A stretch of DNA of 61,388 nucleotides, filler included. It is 3 parts of 3 records of this genome, joined end to end, with 100 filler letters (N's around TTAATTAATTAA, not from the genome) between each part and the next. Parts side by side here need not be neighbours in the genome. Positions count along the whole stretch, not along the records: positions 1 to 27,771 come from SRR22947725_112; positions 27,872 to 42,921 come from SRR22947725_115; 1 more part is not named here. The stretch is one strand, 5' to 3'. Shown in pieces: positions 19,740 to 30,193 of this stretch. The notes below the pieces were generated by a model. It was given only the letters and a program-made list of their open reading frames with translations, did no database searches and had not been told where the DNA came from. The translations under genes were made by a program, and so were the position numbers. How positions within the stretch are numbered: the first letter of the stretch is position 1; every line of letters begins with the position of its first letter.

Positions 19740-20561
19740 ATGACAACTAACTATACAACAAAACTTAAAAACAAAAGAATAATTTCAATAAATGGGGATG
19801 AATCTGATATTTTTTTAAATAATATTATTACAAATGATATCAAAAAAATTGATAATAATTCTGCTATCTATTCTTGCTTACTAACTCCACAAGGTAAAGT
19901 TATAAGTCATTTCTTTATTGTTAAAAACAATGTTGAAATCTTAGTAATCATTGATGATTATTTGGCTGATGAATTTATTGAAAAATTAAATGTATATAAA
20001 TTAAGATCAAATGTAGAAATAAATTTAAAAAATGAATATGAAATAATTTTTTCATTAAGTGATAATTTAAAAATTAAATCTATAATTGAGTTTAATGATC
20101 CTAGAAATAAATCATTTGGAAAATATTTTATTGTAAATCAGGGTGATCAAATTCAAATGAACTTTGATGCAAATGACTTCTACTTAAATTTTTTAATCAA
20201 AAATAATCTTATTGATACAATTTTCAGAAATATAAAAGATCAATACTTTTCTTTAGAGCTGAATATGAAAGAATTTAAAGCAATAGATTTTTCCAAAGGG
20301 TGCTATGTGGGTCAAGAAAATACTTCTAGAATGAATTTAAAAAATAAAATTTCTAAAAGAATACTTCAAATAGAAAGTAAATCAGATTTAATTCCAAATG
20401 AAGAATTGAAATTTGAAAACGAAATTATAGGAAAAATTTTAACATCTAAGCCTAATTTTGCTATAATCAAAATGAAAAATTTTGATTTATTTATAAACAA
20501 ACATCTTAGCAGCAATTCATGTAATAATATTAGAATTATCAAACCATCTTGGCTTAACTAA
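19740..20561 (+). CDS. ygfZ: YgfZ/GcvT-family folate-binding protein
   Basis: LLTPQGK and KGCYVGQE signature. Confidence 0.9.
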   Translation: MTTNYTTKLKNKRIISINGDESDIFLNNIITNDIKKIDNNSAIYSCLLTPQGKVISHFFIVKNNVEILVIIDDYLADEFIEKLNVYKLRSNVEINLKNEYEIIFSLSDNLKIKSIIEFNDPRNKSFGKYFIVNQGDQIQMNFDANDFYLNFLIKNNLIDTIFRNIKDQYFSLELNMKEFKAIDFSKGCYVGQENTSRMNLKNKISKRILQIESKSDLIPNEELKFENEIIGKILTSKPNFAIIKMKNFDLFINKHLSSNSCNNIRIIKPSWLN

Positions 20562-20563
20562 TT

Positions 20564-20648
20564 TGGTGCGGTCAGAGAGACTTGAACTCTCACGGGAAAA
20601 CCCACACGGCCCTCAACCGTGCCTGTCTACCAATTCCAGCATGACCGC
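20564..20648 (-). tRNA. tRNA-Leu(GAG)
   Basis: Reverse complement GCGGTCATGCTGGAATTGGTAGACAGG-CACGG-TTGAGGG-CCGTG-variable arm-GAGAGTTCAAGTCTCTC-TGACCGCACCA; 85 nt with encoded CCA. Confidence 0.97.
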
Positions 20649-20726
20649 TTTTTTTGACTATATTCACAATATAAAATGTGACATTAATGTTAAATATTTT
20701 TTTTTAAATAAGTATTATATTTAACT

Positions 20727-21728
20727 ATGAGTAGCGAATTAAAATTTAATTCAGAAATCAAGAACCAAACAAGTGAATTATATAATAAAATTCACCTTTC
20801 AATTCCACAAATTGAATGGCCAACTATTGCTCCTTATATTTATGAAATCAACAAATTAAAAAAGGAAAAAGGTGTTACAATCTTAGCACATAATTATCAA
20901 GTACCTGAAATTTTTTATGGGGTTGCAGATATTGTTGGTGATTCATTGGGATTGGCTATTGATGGGTCAAAAGTAAAGACAGATAAAATCTTAATGTGCG
21001 GAGTACACTTTATGGCTGAGACAGCTAAAATTATGTCTCCAGAAAAAAAAATTTTATTACCAGATCTTTCTGCTGGGTGCTCACTGGCTGAGTCTATCAC
21101 TGCAAGTGATGTAAGAAAGTTGAAAAAAGAAAATCCGGGAGTGCCCGTCGTAACTTATGTGAATACTTCAGCAGCCGTTAAAGCTGAAACAGATATTTGT
21201 TGCACTTCCGCAAATGCAGTTAAAATTGTAGAGTCCTTAAAGGTTAAAAAAGTTATTTTTTTACCAGATGAATATCTAGCAAAGTATGTGGCAAGCAAAA
21301 CAAAAGTCGAAATTATTTCATGGAAAGGAAAATGTGAAGTTCATGAAAGATTTACAGATCATGAAATTTTTGAGTTAAGAAAAAAATATCCAGATTTAAA
21401 AGTTGTATCTCATCCAGAATGTCCTCCAGAAGTCATTAATGCTTCTGACTATACCGGATCAACCGGATCAATGATTAATTATGTCAAAAACACTAAAGCA
21501 AAAGACATCTTTTTAGTCACGGAATGTTCGATGAGTGACAATGTTCAAATTGAAAATCCTAATATTAATTTCATTAAACCATGTAATCTATGTCCACATA
21601 TGAAAAAAATAACATTAAAAAGTATTTTAAAATCACTTAAGGAGGAAAATTACCTTATTGAAATTGATGATGAGACAATTTCAAGAGCTAAAGGTGCAAT
21701 AGAAAAAATGATTGCTATCGGCAGGTAA
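20727..21728 (+). CDS. nadA: Quinolinate synthase
   Basis: AHNYQ, CGVHFMAE, GCSLA, YVNTSA, HPEC, CPHMK. Confidence 0.97.
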   Translation: MSSELKFNSEIKNQTSELYNKIHLSIPQIEWPTIAPYIYEINKLKKEKGVTILAHNYQVPEIFYGVADIVGDSLGLAIDGSKVKTDKILMCGVHFMAETAKIMSPEKKILLPDLSAGCSLAESITASDVRKLKKENPGVPVVTYVNTSAAVKAETDICCTSANAVKIVESLKVKKVIFLPDEYLAKYVASKTKVEIISWKGKCEVHERFTDHEIFELRKKYPDLKVVSHPECPPEVINASDYTGSTGSMINYVKNTKAKDIFLVTECSMSDNVQIENPNINFIKPCNLCPHMKKITLKSILKSLKEENYLIEIDDETISRAKGAIEKMIAIGR

Positions 21729-21734
21729 TTATTT

Positions 21735-22571
21735 GTGAAAAAAGTAGAATTAAATTATATAAATAAATTAGTGAAACTCTCCATCGATGAAGATAAAATT
21801 AATCAAGATATTACATCTAAATTAACTATTCCTAACAAATTTATTACAAATGTAAAAATTATATCCAAGGGTTATGGAATTTTATATGGAATAGAATTGG
21901 TAAAAAAAATCATTAAGGTAATAGATAAAACTATTATTATTAAAGTTTATAAAAGTGATGGATATTTAATAAAACCCAATATTAAAATTGCAGAACTCAA
22001 AGGTAAAGCTCGATCTATTTTAAAAATAGAAAGAATAATTCTTAATTTTTTAGGTCATCTATCTGGAGTAGCAACAGAAACAAAAAACCTTATTCATAAA
22101 ACAAAAAAATATAAAACAAAAATTTGCTGTACAAGAAAGACAATTCCTGGACTGAGATATTTACAAAAAAAAGCAGTAAAAGTAGCTGGTGGTACTAATA
22201 ATCGATATAATTTAAAAGAAGAGATATTTATTAAAGATAATCATCATTTAGATTCAAAAAAATTCAGAGATAAAATTTTATTAACTATTAACAAGAATAA
22301 AAATAAAAAAATTATTAATGTTGAAGTTGATAATATTATTCAACTAAAAAAAATTGTTGATTTAAAAATTGATAGAATATTACTTGATAATTTTTCTCCA
22401 ACCAATTTAAAAAAAGCATTAAGATTAATACCAAATAAAATTGAAACAGAAGCTTCTGGAAATATTACTAAATCAAATATACTTAATTATGCAAAAACGG
22501 GTGTTAAAAGAATATCATTAGGCTACTTAACCCACTCTGTTAAAAATTTTGATTTTTCTTTGGAATATTAA
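21735..22571 (+). CDS. nadC: Nicotinate-nucleotide pyrophosphorylase (QPRTase)
   Basis: ERIILN, TRKTIPGLR, IKDNH, LLDNF, EASG, LTHS; GTG start. Confidence 0.93.
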   Translation: MKKVELNYINKLVKLSIDEDKINQDITSKLTIPNKFITNVKIISKGYGILYGIELVKKIIKVIDKTIIIKVYKSDGYLIKPNIKIAELKGKARSILKIERIILNFLGHLSGVATETKNLIHKTKKYKTKICCTRKTIPGLRYLQKKAVKVAGGTNNRYNLKEEIFIKDNHHLDSKKFRDKILLTINKNKNKKIINVEVDNIIQLKKIVDLKIDRILLDNFSPTNLKKALRLIPNKIETEASGNITKSNILNYAKTGVKRISLGYLTHSVKNFDFSLEY

Positions 22572-22572
22572 T

Positions 22573-25239
22573 TCACTTTTTTTTAGATAGTATTTTTGCT
22601 TGTGCAGCTGATAATCTTGCAATCGGGACTCTATAAGGTGAGCAAGATATATAATTTAAACCAGCCTTTTGGCAAAATTGTATAGAGTCTGGATCTCCAC
22701 CATGTTCACCACAAATACCAAGCTTAATTTTAGGTTTATTTTTTTTTGCATTATTACATGCCAGTTCAACTAATTGTCCTACTCCATTCACATCAATGCT
22801 AACAAATGGATCTACTTTAAAAATATTATTATCGACATAATCATCTAAAAACTTACCAGCATCATCTCTACTAATCCCGAGTGTGGTTTGAGTTAAATCG
22901 TTAGTACCAAAACTGAAGAAGTCTGCATATTTTGCTATATCTTTTGCGTTTAAAGCGGCTCTTGGTAACTCGATCATTGTACCTACAAGATAATCTAGTT
23001 TTTGATTATATTTTTTTGATATTTCCAAAGCTTTTTTGTCTACAAGCTCTCTCAAAATCTCAAGTTCTTGGCCAGTTGCAATTAATGGGATCATGATCTC
23101 AGGCAGAACCTTTATTTTTTCTTTTTTACATTCAATGAGTGCTTCAAATATGGCCTCGCATTGCATTTCATATATTTCTGGATAAGAGATTGCTAATCGA
23201 CAGCCTCTGTGGCCTAACATTGGATTTTCTTCGTGTAGATCTGAAATTCTATCTTTAATTTCTTTTTCTGAAATACTTAAAGATAATGCAACTGATGAAA
23301 TTTCTTTCTCACTCTTTGGTAAAAATTCATGCAAAGGTGGGTCAAGCAATCTAACAGTAACTGGGAGACCATTCATTATAGTAAATATTTCTTTAAAATC
23401 TTTCTTTTGAAATGGCAAGATTTTTCTTAGTGCAATATTTCGGTCTTCTCTTGATTTCGATAATATCATTTGCCTGACATATAAAATTCGTTCTTCATCA
23501 AAAAACATATGTTCAGTTCTGCATAAGCCAATACCTTCTGCGCCAAATTCTCTTGCAACCTTTGTATCTAAAGGTGTCTCAGCATTAGTTCTTACTTTCA
23601 TTTCCCTGGCATTATCTGCCCAAGACATAATTGTTGAAAAATCACCAGAAATATCAGGTTTTATTGTTGTAACTTCACCTGACATTACTTCGCCACTTGA
23701 ACCGTCAATAGTGATGATGTCACCTTCTTTAAAAACTCTACCACTCACTTTAAAATTTTTACTTTCATAATCAATTTGGATATTACCAGATCCAGATACA
23801 CATGGCTTACCCATTCCTCTAGCAACAACAGCGGCATGACTTGTCATACCACCTCTACAAGTTAAAATACCTTCAGAAGCATGCATTCCATGAATGTCTT
23901 CAGGGGAGGTTTCTAATCTTACTAATATTGTCTTTTGATTTTGTGATTTCAATATTTCCGCATCATCTGCTGAAAAAGTAATTTTCCCTGATGCAGCACC
24001 CGGAGATGCTGGTAACCCTTTTGCAATTATATCTTTATCTGCCTTAGGATCTAAAGTTGGATGTAGCAAGGTATCTAACATCTTTGGATCTATTCTTAAA
24101 AGAGCTTCATCTTTATTTATTAATTTTTCCTTAACCATATCGACTGCAATTTTAATTGAAGCTTTAGCAGTTCTTTTTCCAGATCTAGTTTGTAGCATCC
24201 AAAGTTTTTTATTTTCGACTGTGAATTCAATATCTTGCATATCCTTATAATGCTTTTCTAATTTTTTATAAATTTTTACTAACTCTCCATAAACAGCAGG
24301 CATAGTTTCTTCCATTGAAGGTGCATCTGACTTTGCTTCAAGACGTGCTTTTTTTGTAATATTTTGAGGAGTACGAATACCTGCAACAACATCTTCGCCT
24401 TGAGCGTTTATTAAATATTCTCCATAAAAACTTTTATCTCCCGTTGATGGATTTCTTGTAAATGCTACTCCTGTTGCGCAATCGTCACCCATATTTCCAA
24501 AAACCATTGATTGAACATTAACAGCCGTACCCCATTCTTCAGGAATATTATTTAATTTTCTATAAGTTTTTGCTCTTTGATTTCTCCATGACTGAAAAAC
24601 GGCCCCAACAGCTCCCCAAAGCTGCTGATTAACATCTTGGGGAAAATCTTTTTTAATTTCCCTTTTAATTACATCTCTAAAATCTTTGATTAATTTTTTC
24701 CAATCTTCTGCATCTAAATCTGTATCTAGAGTAACACCTTTTGTTAATTTATAATTTTCAATTAAATCTTCAAAATTATGATGACCCACACCAAGTACAA
24801 CATTGCTATACATCTGAATAAAACGTCTATAGCTATCATATGCAAAAGTATCATTCTTTGTTTTAATAGCTAAACCTAATACTGTCTCATCATTTAAGCC
24901 AAGATTCAAAACTGTATCCATCATTCCAGGCATAGAAACTCTTGCCCCTGATCTCACTGAAACTAATAGAGGATTTTTTTTATCTCCAAACTTCTTACCA
25001 ATTTTTTTTTCTACTTCTTTAATTGCAGATTTTACTTGCTTATCTAATCCAATAGGGTTTTTTCGATTTCTTTTATAAAATTCATTACAGGCTTCGGTGG
25101 TAATCGTAAAACCTGGTGGAACCGGTAAACCAATTTTAATCATTTCAGACAGGTTTGCCCCTTTACCTCCAAGGAGGTTTTTTAAACCAATTTTATTCTT
25201 CTTTGGTGGTTTGCTAAAGTTAAAAACCCAAGTAGCCAT
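22573..25239 (-). CDS. ppdK: Pyruvate, phosphate dikinase
   Basis: LGGKGANL, SVRSGARVSMPGMMDT, GGMTSHAAVVARG, SFGTNDLTQ, GICGEHGG. Confidence 0.98.
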   Translation of the reverse strand: MATWVFNFSKPPKKNKIGLKNLLGGKGANLSEMIKIGLPVPPGFTITTEACNEFYKRNRKNPIGLDKQVKSAIKEVEKKIGKKFGDKKNPLLVSVRSGARVSMPGMMDTVLNLGLNDETVLGLAIKTKNDTFAYDSYRRFIQMYSNVVLGVGHHNFEDLIENYKLTKGVTLDTDLDAEDWKKLIKDFRDVIKREIKKDFPQDVNQQLWGAVGAVFQSWRNQRAKTYRKLNNIPEEWGTAVNVQSMVFGNMGDDCATGVAFTRNPSTGDKSFYGEYLINAQGEDVVAGIRTPQNITKKARLEAKSDAPSMEETMPAVYGELVKIYKKLEKHYKDMQDIEFTVENKKLWMLQTRSGKRTAKASIKIAVDMVKEKLINKDEALLRIDPKMLDTLLHPTLDPKADKDIIAKGLPASPGAASGKITFSADDAEILKSQNQKTILVRLETSPEDIHGMHASEGILTCRGGMTSHAAVVARGMGKPCVSGSGNIQIDYESKNFKVSGRVFKEGDIITIDGSSGEVMSGEVTTIKPDISGDFSTIMSWADNAREMKVRTNAETPLDTKVAREFGAEGIGLCRTEHMFFDEERILYVRQMILSKSREDRNIALRKILPFQKKDFKEIFTIMNGLPVTVRLLDPPLHEFLPKSEKEISSVALSLSISEKEIKDRISDLHEENPMLGHRGCRLAISYPEIYEMQCEAIFEALIECKKEKIKVLPEIMIPLIATGQELEILRELVDKKALEISKKYNQKLDYLVGTMIELPRAALNAKDIAKYADFFSFGTNDLTQTTLGISRDDAGKFLDDYVDNNIFKVDPFVSIDVNGVGQLVELACNNAKKNKPKIKLGICGEHGGDPDSIQFCQKAGLNYISCSPYRVPIARLSAAQAKILSKKK

Positions 25240-25242
25240 TAT

Positions 25243-27309
25243 TTAAGATCCATCTAATTTTGAAAAATCGGTAAATTTTTCAAAGGTTTTACATAAGAGG
25301 GTTAATAATTCTAGCCTATTTTTTCTTACCTGTTGATTATCGTCATTTACTTTCACATTATTAAAGAAACTATCAGTCATAGGCTTTAGTTCCGATAAAA
25401 GGTTAACTGTTTTATCATTATCTCTAAGTCGACTTGGAGTTGTAAAATAATCTCTTATTTCATTAATTTTTAACAAAATTTCATCTTCAGATGGATGCTG
25501 AAACAGAATGTTCTCTGGGTTTCCAAAAAACTCTTCATTATTTTCAACTGATTGATCTAAAATATTTTTTGACCTTTTATAAATTTGTATAGAGTCTTGA
25601 CCTTGTGGTTTTTTAAAACATTTTGAAAGCTCATTTATATTTTTCATAATTAAATAAAAATCATCAGATCTATTATTTTCTAGAATAGAATTTGTAATAT
25701 CCAATCTTGCCCCCTTATCTTTTAAATTAATTTTGAAACGTTCAATAAAAAAATCAAAAAGGTCTTCAATTACTTTCTCATTAGTCAAATTATGCTTTTG
25801 AGAAAAATATAAATTTTTTGAATTATTTAATATTTCTTTTAATGATAAGCTTATTCTATTTTCGGTAATCAATCTTAAAACACCAAGACAAGCTCTCCTT
25901 AATGCAAACGGATCTTTTGAACTTGTTGGTTTTTCATCAATTCCAAAAAAACCAATTAAAGTATCTATCTTATCAGCAATAGCCACGCTGATAGAAATTT
26001 TTTCTTTAGGAACATTTCCACTTGGACCATTTGGTAAATAATGGTTTTGAATCGCGTTACTAATTTCTTTACTAAACCCTTGTTCAATTGCAAAATAACT
26101 TCCGATAACTCCTTGTAGCTCTGGATACTCACCTACTAAATCTGAAACTAAATCAGATTTACTAATTGATGCTGCAATTTCTGTATCTTCTTTGTTTGCT
26201 CCTATACTATCAGCAATTACTGATGCTAACTGACGAACTCTTTGGGTCTTATCATATAAAGTTCCTAATTGCTGATAAAATATAATAGTATTTAATTTTG
26301 AAACCTGTTTTACTAAATTTTGTTTTTTATTTTTATCCCAAAAAAACTTTGCATCAGAAAGTCTTGCATCAATTACTTTTTCATTTCCCTTGGTAATTAA
26401 ATTTTTATTATCATAATTATTTGCTACAAATAAAAAAGAGTTGGTTAATTTTAAATCTAATTCTAATTTCATAGGGAAATATCTTTGATGATTTATCATA
26501 GTTAAATTCAGGAGCTCATCAGGTAATACAAGATAGTCTTTGCTAAATTTTCCTTTTAAAATAACGGGTGTCTCAACTAAATTAGTAACTTCCTCAACCA
26601 GTTTTCTATTTAATTCGGTTAAACATTTATTTTTTTTTAATTCTTTCTCTAAATCGGAAAGTATTTTTTTTTCTCTTTCCGTGTGATCTAGTTTGATATC
26701 ATTTTTTTCAAGAAGCTTTTTATAATCTTTTAAATTTTTTATTTTAATTTCTTTATCTTCAAAAGGACCGTTTATAAATGTGACGTTTGAGGAGTTAATA
26801 TGAAAAAATTTAAAATCTAAGGTTTTGTTATCAAATAAACAAAGTATTGATTTTAATGGTCTGCCCCAGAAACAATCATGATCAGACCATCTCATAGATT
26901 TTTTCCAATAAATAGATTTTAAAATTAATGGTAAATGGCTAGCCAAAATATCGCTGGTTAGAATTGTTTTTTCAGGTAAATTTGCAAAGTAGAATTCACC
27001 TTTGTCAGTGTTTTTTGTGATTAAATCTTTTTTTTCTATATCTCTAGATTTTAAAAAACCCTCTAAAGCTTGATCATTACAACCTACTTTTGGACCTTTA
27101 ATTTCTTGAGACTTTATTTTTTGATTGAGTAAAATTTGATCTATAAAGACAACTAATCTCTTTGGTGTAGAAAAAACATTAATTTCTTTAAATTTAATAA
27201 AATTTTCATTTAATAATTTTAAAATTAAATCTTTAATCTGGTTTCTGGCGCTAATTTGTAGGCCATGTGGGATTTCTTCCGAGTAAAGCTCTAACAAAAA
27301 ATCAGACAT
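25243..27309 (-). CDS. glyS: Glycine--tRNA ligase beta subunit
   Basis: FLLELYSEEIP, KSMRW, ARLSDAKFF, PTSSKDPFALRR; ATG at 27309 overlaps the glyQ stop (TAATG). Confidence 0.95.
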   Translation of the reverse strand: MSDFLLELYSEEIPHGLQISARNQIKDLILKLLNENFIKFKEINVFSTPKRLVVFIDQILLNQKIKSQEIKGPKVGCNDQALEGFLKSRDIEKKDLITKNTDKGEFYFANLPEKTILTSDILASHLPLILKSIYWKKSMRWSDHDCFWGRPLKSILCLFDNKTLDFKFFHINSSNVTFINGPFEDKEIKIKNLKDYKKLLEKNDIKLDHTEREKKILSDLEKELKKNKCLTELNRKLVEEVTNLVETPVILKGKFSKDYLVLPDELLNLTMINHQRYFPMKLELDLKLTNSFLFVANNYDNKNLITKGNEKVIDARLSDAKFFWDKNKKQNLVKQVSKLNTIIFYQQLGTLYDKTQRVRQLASVIADSIGANKEDTEIAASISKSDLVSDLVGEYPELQGVIGSYFAIEQGFSKEISNAIQNHYLPNGPSGNVPKEKISISVAIADKIDTLIGFFGIDEKPTSSKDPFALRRACLGVLRLITENRISLSLKEILNNSKNLYFSQKHNLTNEKVIEDLFDFFIERFKINLKDKGARLDITNSILENNRSDDFYLIMKNINELSKCFKKPQGQDSIQIYKRSKNILDQSVENNEEFFGNPENILFQHPSEDEILLKINEIRDYFTTPSRLRDNDKTVNLLSELKPMTDSFFNNVKVNDDNQQVRKNRLELLTLLCKTFEKFTDFSKLDGS

Positions 27310-27771
27310 TATTGTTTTGTAATCCAAAGCTCACCACAAGCTTTGGCAAGAGTTCTAATTCTGTTGATATAATTAGCTCTTTCAGTAACACTGATTACTC
27401 CTCTTGCGTCAAGAAGATTAAATAAATGACTTGCCTTTAAACACTGATCATAAGCGGGCAAACAAAGTTTTTTTTCTGCTAAATCTTTTGACTCTTTTTC
27501 AACCTTGTTAAACTGGTCAAACAAACTGTCAGTATTTGCGTACTCAAAGTTATAAGCAGAAAATTCTTTTTCAGATTGTAAAAAAACATCTCCATACTTA
27601 ACGCCTTCACTATTCCAGTCTATATCATAGACGTTGTTTTTATTTTGAATGTACATGCATATTCTTTCTAATCCATATGTTATTTCAGCAGAAACTGGTT
27701 TACATTCAAAGCCAGCCATTTGTTGGAAATAAGTAAACTGTGTAATTTCCATTCCATCACACCAAACTTCC
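27309..27771 (-). CDS. glyQ: Glycine--tRNA ligase alpha subunit, C-terminal part (5' end lost in gap)
   Basis: [36 protein letters not shown]; frame is open up to the N gap. Confidence 0.95.
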
Positions 27772-27871
27772 NNNNNNNNNNNNNNNNNNNNNNNNNNNNN
27801 NNNNNNNNNNNNNNNTTAATTAATTAANNNNNNNNNNNNNNNNNNNNNNNNNNNNNNNNNNNNNNNNNNNN
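27772..27871. other. Artificial contig-joining spacer
   Basis: N44-TTAATTAATTAA-N44, exactly 100 bp; the 12-mer has stops in all six frames; genes on both sides are truncated. Confidence 0.97.
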
Positions 27872-28577
27872 CATCCAATACATGTTGCCATGGTCTAGTT
27901 GAATTTGGACTTCTTATTATTGCCTTTCTTCCTTGTAGCCACGCTCTCATACAATCAGGTATTAATCTTTTTTCTGACCAATCACCTCCTCCAATTACAT
28001 TTCCTGCTCTTGCTACACCAATATAAATTTTATTATTTTTTTTTGAAAAATATGAACTTATATAACTTTTGATTGCTATTTCAGCTGCAGCTTTCGAAGC
28101 CCCGTAAGGATCTATGCCTCCAATAACATCATCTTCTTTATATCCCTTAATAGTTTCTATATTTTTATACACTTTATCGCTAGTGATTAAAACTACGACT
28201 GTTTCCCTCTTTACCTCTCTTAAAACTTCAAGAATATTTATTGTTCCAAAAGTATTTGAATACCAAGTAAGCGTAGGATCTAAATATGACCTTCCAACTA
28301 ATGATTGAGCTGCCAAATGAAAAATAAAATCAGGTTTAAGATGTACAATTTTTTTTCTTAATTTTTCTTTATTAATTAAGTCAAACATAATTGATTTTTT
28401 TATTCTTTTTCTTAAATTTATCTTATTAAAATGAGATGGTTTAGATGGTATGTCTTTTGATATTCCATGAACTTTTGCACCAAGCGATATTAAATAGGCA
28501 CTTAACCAGGATCCTTTGAAACCAGTATGTCCTGTTACTAAGATTTTTTTATTATTAAATATTTTTTTATAATTCAT
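27872..28577 (-). CDS. rfbG: CDP-glucose 4,6-dehydratase, N-terminal part
   Basis: TGHTGFKGSWL, HLAAQSLV, TSDKVY, DPYGASK, RAGNVIGGGDW, RPWQHVL; cut by the gap. Confidence 0.93.
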
Positions 28578-28601
28578 TTTTTAATCTATTATATTATATA
28601 T

Positions 28602-29396
28602 TTAGTAAAATAAGACTTTTTTATCATCTCTATCTGGATTGTTTGGAAAGTCTAAATTTTTTATTGGAAGGTGAATATCTTTTGCATTCTTCTTACAATA
28701 CTTTTTTTTTACAAATGTAAATTCAACAACAGAAGGGTAGCCCGAGATACTTACTGGCCCATAATTATTTACATGTATATGTGTGATATTTAATTTAAAT
28801 TCTTTAATAAATTTTTTTATTTTTTTAAAATTTTTCCTAATGCCATGAAATTCAATAACTAAACATTCAATTTTATTCCTATATTTAACTAGCTCATTTA
28901 ATATAGAATACTCATTTTCTTCTATATCAATTTTAAAAAAAATATTATTTAGATTATTATCTTCGATTACTCGAGTAATTGAAGAATATTTATTTAAGTT
29001 AATTTTTTTTGAGTTTTTAATTATATTTTTATTAATGAATTTTACATTTTTTCTTAAAATAAAAAAAGGAAAACTCACAAATTGAATTAAATTTAGAATT
29101 AACTTTTTAAAACTTAATTTTTTTTTTAAAAAATAATAAAAGGACTTAATCATATACTTAAGCCAAAAAATTAAATTAACACTTCCATCAAAAATAAATA
29201 CCTTTAATTTATTGTTTTTATTTAAAATTTCACTTTCAAACGACCAATCATCGTAAACACCTAAGCTGACTAAATTTTTTGAATTAATTAAAGCTTTTTG
29301 AGAAACGATATATCCTCCATCGAACTTTCTTCCGATTCTTATTTTTGTTGAGCTAAATTTTGGTTTAAATATTTTCGGAACTCTATAGTTTTTCAT
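28602..29396 (-). CDS. FkbM/Methyltransf_22-like SAM-dependent methyltransferase
   Basis: RIGRKFDGGY, SLG...DWSFE, KIDIE..EY, IEFH, HIHVNN. Confidence 0.65.
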   Translation of the reverse strand: MKNYRVPKIFKPKFSSTKIRIGRKFDGGYIVSQKALINSKNLVSLGVYDDWSFESEILNKNNKLKVFIFDGSVNLIFWLKYMIKSFYYFLKKKLSFKKLILNLIQFVSFPFFILRKNVKFINKNIIKNSKKINLNKYSSITRVIEDNNLNNIFFKIDIEENEYSILNELVKYRNKIECLVIEFHGIRKNFKKIKKFIKEFKLNITHIHVNNYGPVSISGYPSVVEFTFVKKKYCKKNAKDIHLPIKNLDFPNNPDRDDKKVLFY

Positions 29397-29412
29397 TAAA
29401 AATTAATTTAGA

Positions 29413-30192
29413 TTAAATAATTTTAGACATTGCGCCATCTATAACAATGCTTTGACCATTAATGTATCTTCCGTTGTCTGAAATCAAAAATTCAACTAAA
29501 GATGCTACTTCATCAGGCTCTCCAAATCTTCCTGCTGGAATATTTTTTAAAATATTTTTTCTTAATAAATTTTCATTAATTTTTGATTTTTTGGCATTAA
29601 TTTTAATTAATTTTTTTAATCTGTTAGTTTCAATACCCCCTAACAAAATAGAATTATTTGTAACATTAGACTTTGCAAGATCAAATGAAATTGATTTATT
29701 AAAAGCTAATACTGCAGCTCTTGATGTTGCTGATTGAACCATTGCTGAGGAAGGTTCTTTAGCAACTGTTGATGAGATAGTAATCATTCTTCCCCATTTA
29801 CTTTTAATCATTGATTTTGAAAATATAGTAGAGAGTTTTATTACACTAAGTAAGTTTCTATTTATTGTTTTTTCCCACATTTTGTCATTTGTACTTATAA
29901 AATTTGTTGGCTCAGGGCCTCCTGAATTGTTTATTAAAATATTTGGAAGTCCTAATTTCTTTTTGCAATAATCTAATAAATTAACGGAGAATTTTTTTTC
30001 CATATTATATGGAATCAATTCAACACGATTATTTGAATATTTTTTAATAATTTCTTTTTTAAGTTTTTTAAGTTTTTGTTTTGATCTTGATAACAAATAA
30101 ATACTAAATCTGTTTTTTGCAAAATTCATTGCAATAGCTTTTCCTACTCCATCACTTGCTCCAGTTATAAAGGCAATTTTTTCTTTTTTCAT
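29413..30192 (-). CDS. Atypical short-chain dehydrogenase/reductase
   Basis: TGASDGVG, NNSGGP, IPAGRFG; the YxxxK motif is replaced by SATSR. Confidence 0.85.
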   Translation of the reverse strand: MKKEKIAFITGASDGVGKAIAMNFAKNRFSIYLLSRSKQKLKKLKKEIIKKYSNNRVELIPYNMEKKFSVNLLDYCKKKLGLPNILINNSGGPEPTNFISTNDKMWEKTINRNLLSVIKLSTIFSKSMIKSKWGRMITISSTVAKEPSSAMVQSATSRAAVLAFNKSISFDLAKSNVTNNSILLGGIETNRLKKLIKINAKKSKINENLLRKNILKNIPAGRFGEPDEVASLVEFLISDNGRYINGQSIVIDGAMSKII

Positions 30193-30193
30193 A

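Noticed and set aside
20664-20690. TCACA-N8-TGTGA and ACATTAATGT palindromes upstream of nadA
   Set aside because: Orientation and spacing do not fit a CRP/FNR site; short AT-rich palindromes are expected by chance.
27816-27827. TTAATTAATTAA palindrome repeated at 42966-42977
   Set aside because: Synthetic six-frame stop linker inside N gaps; the 'LIN' endings of the two ORFs containing X are artefacts.
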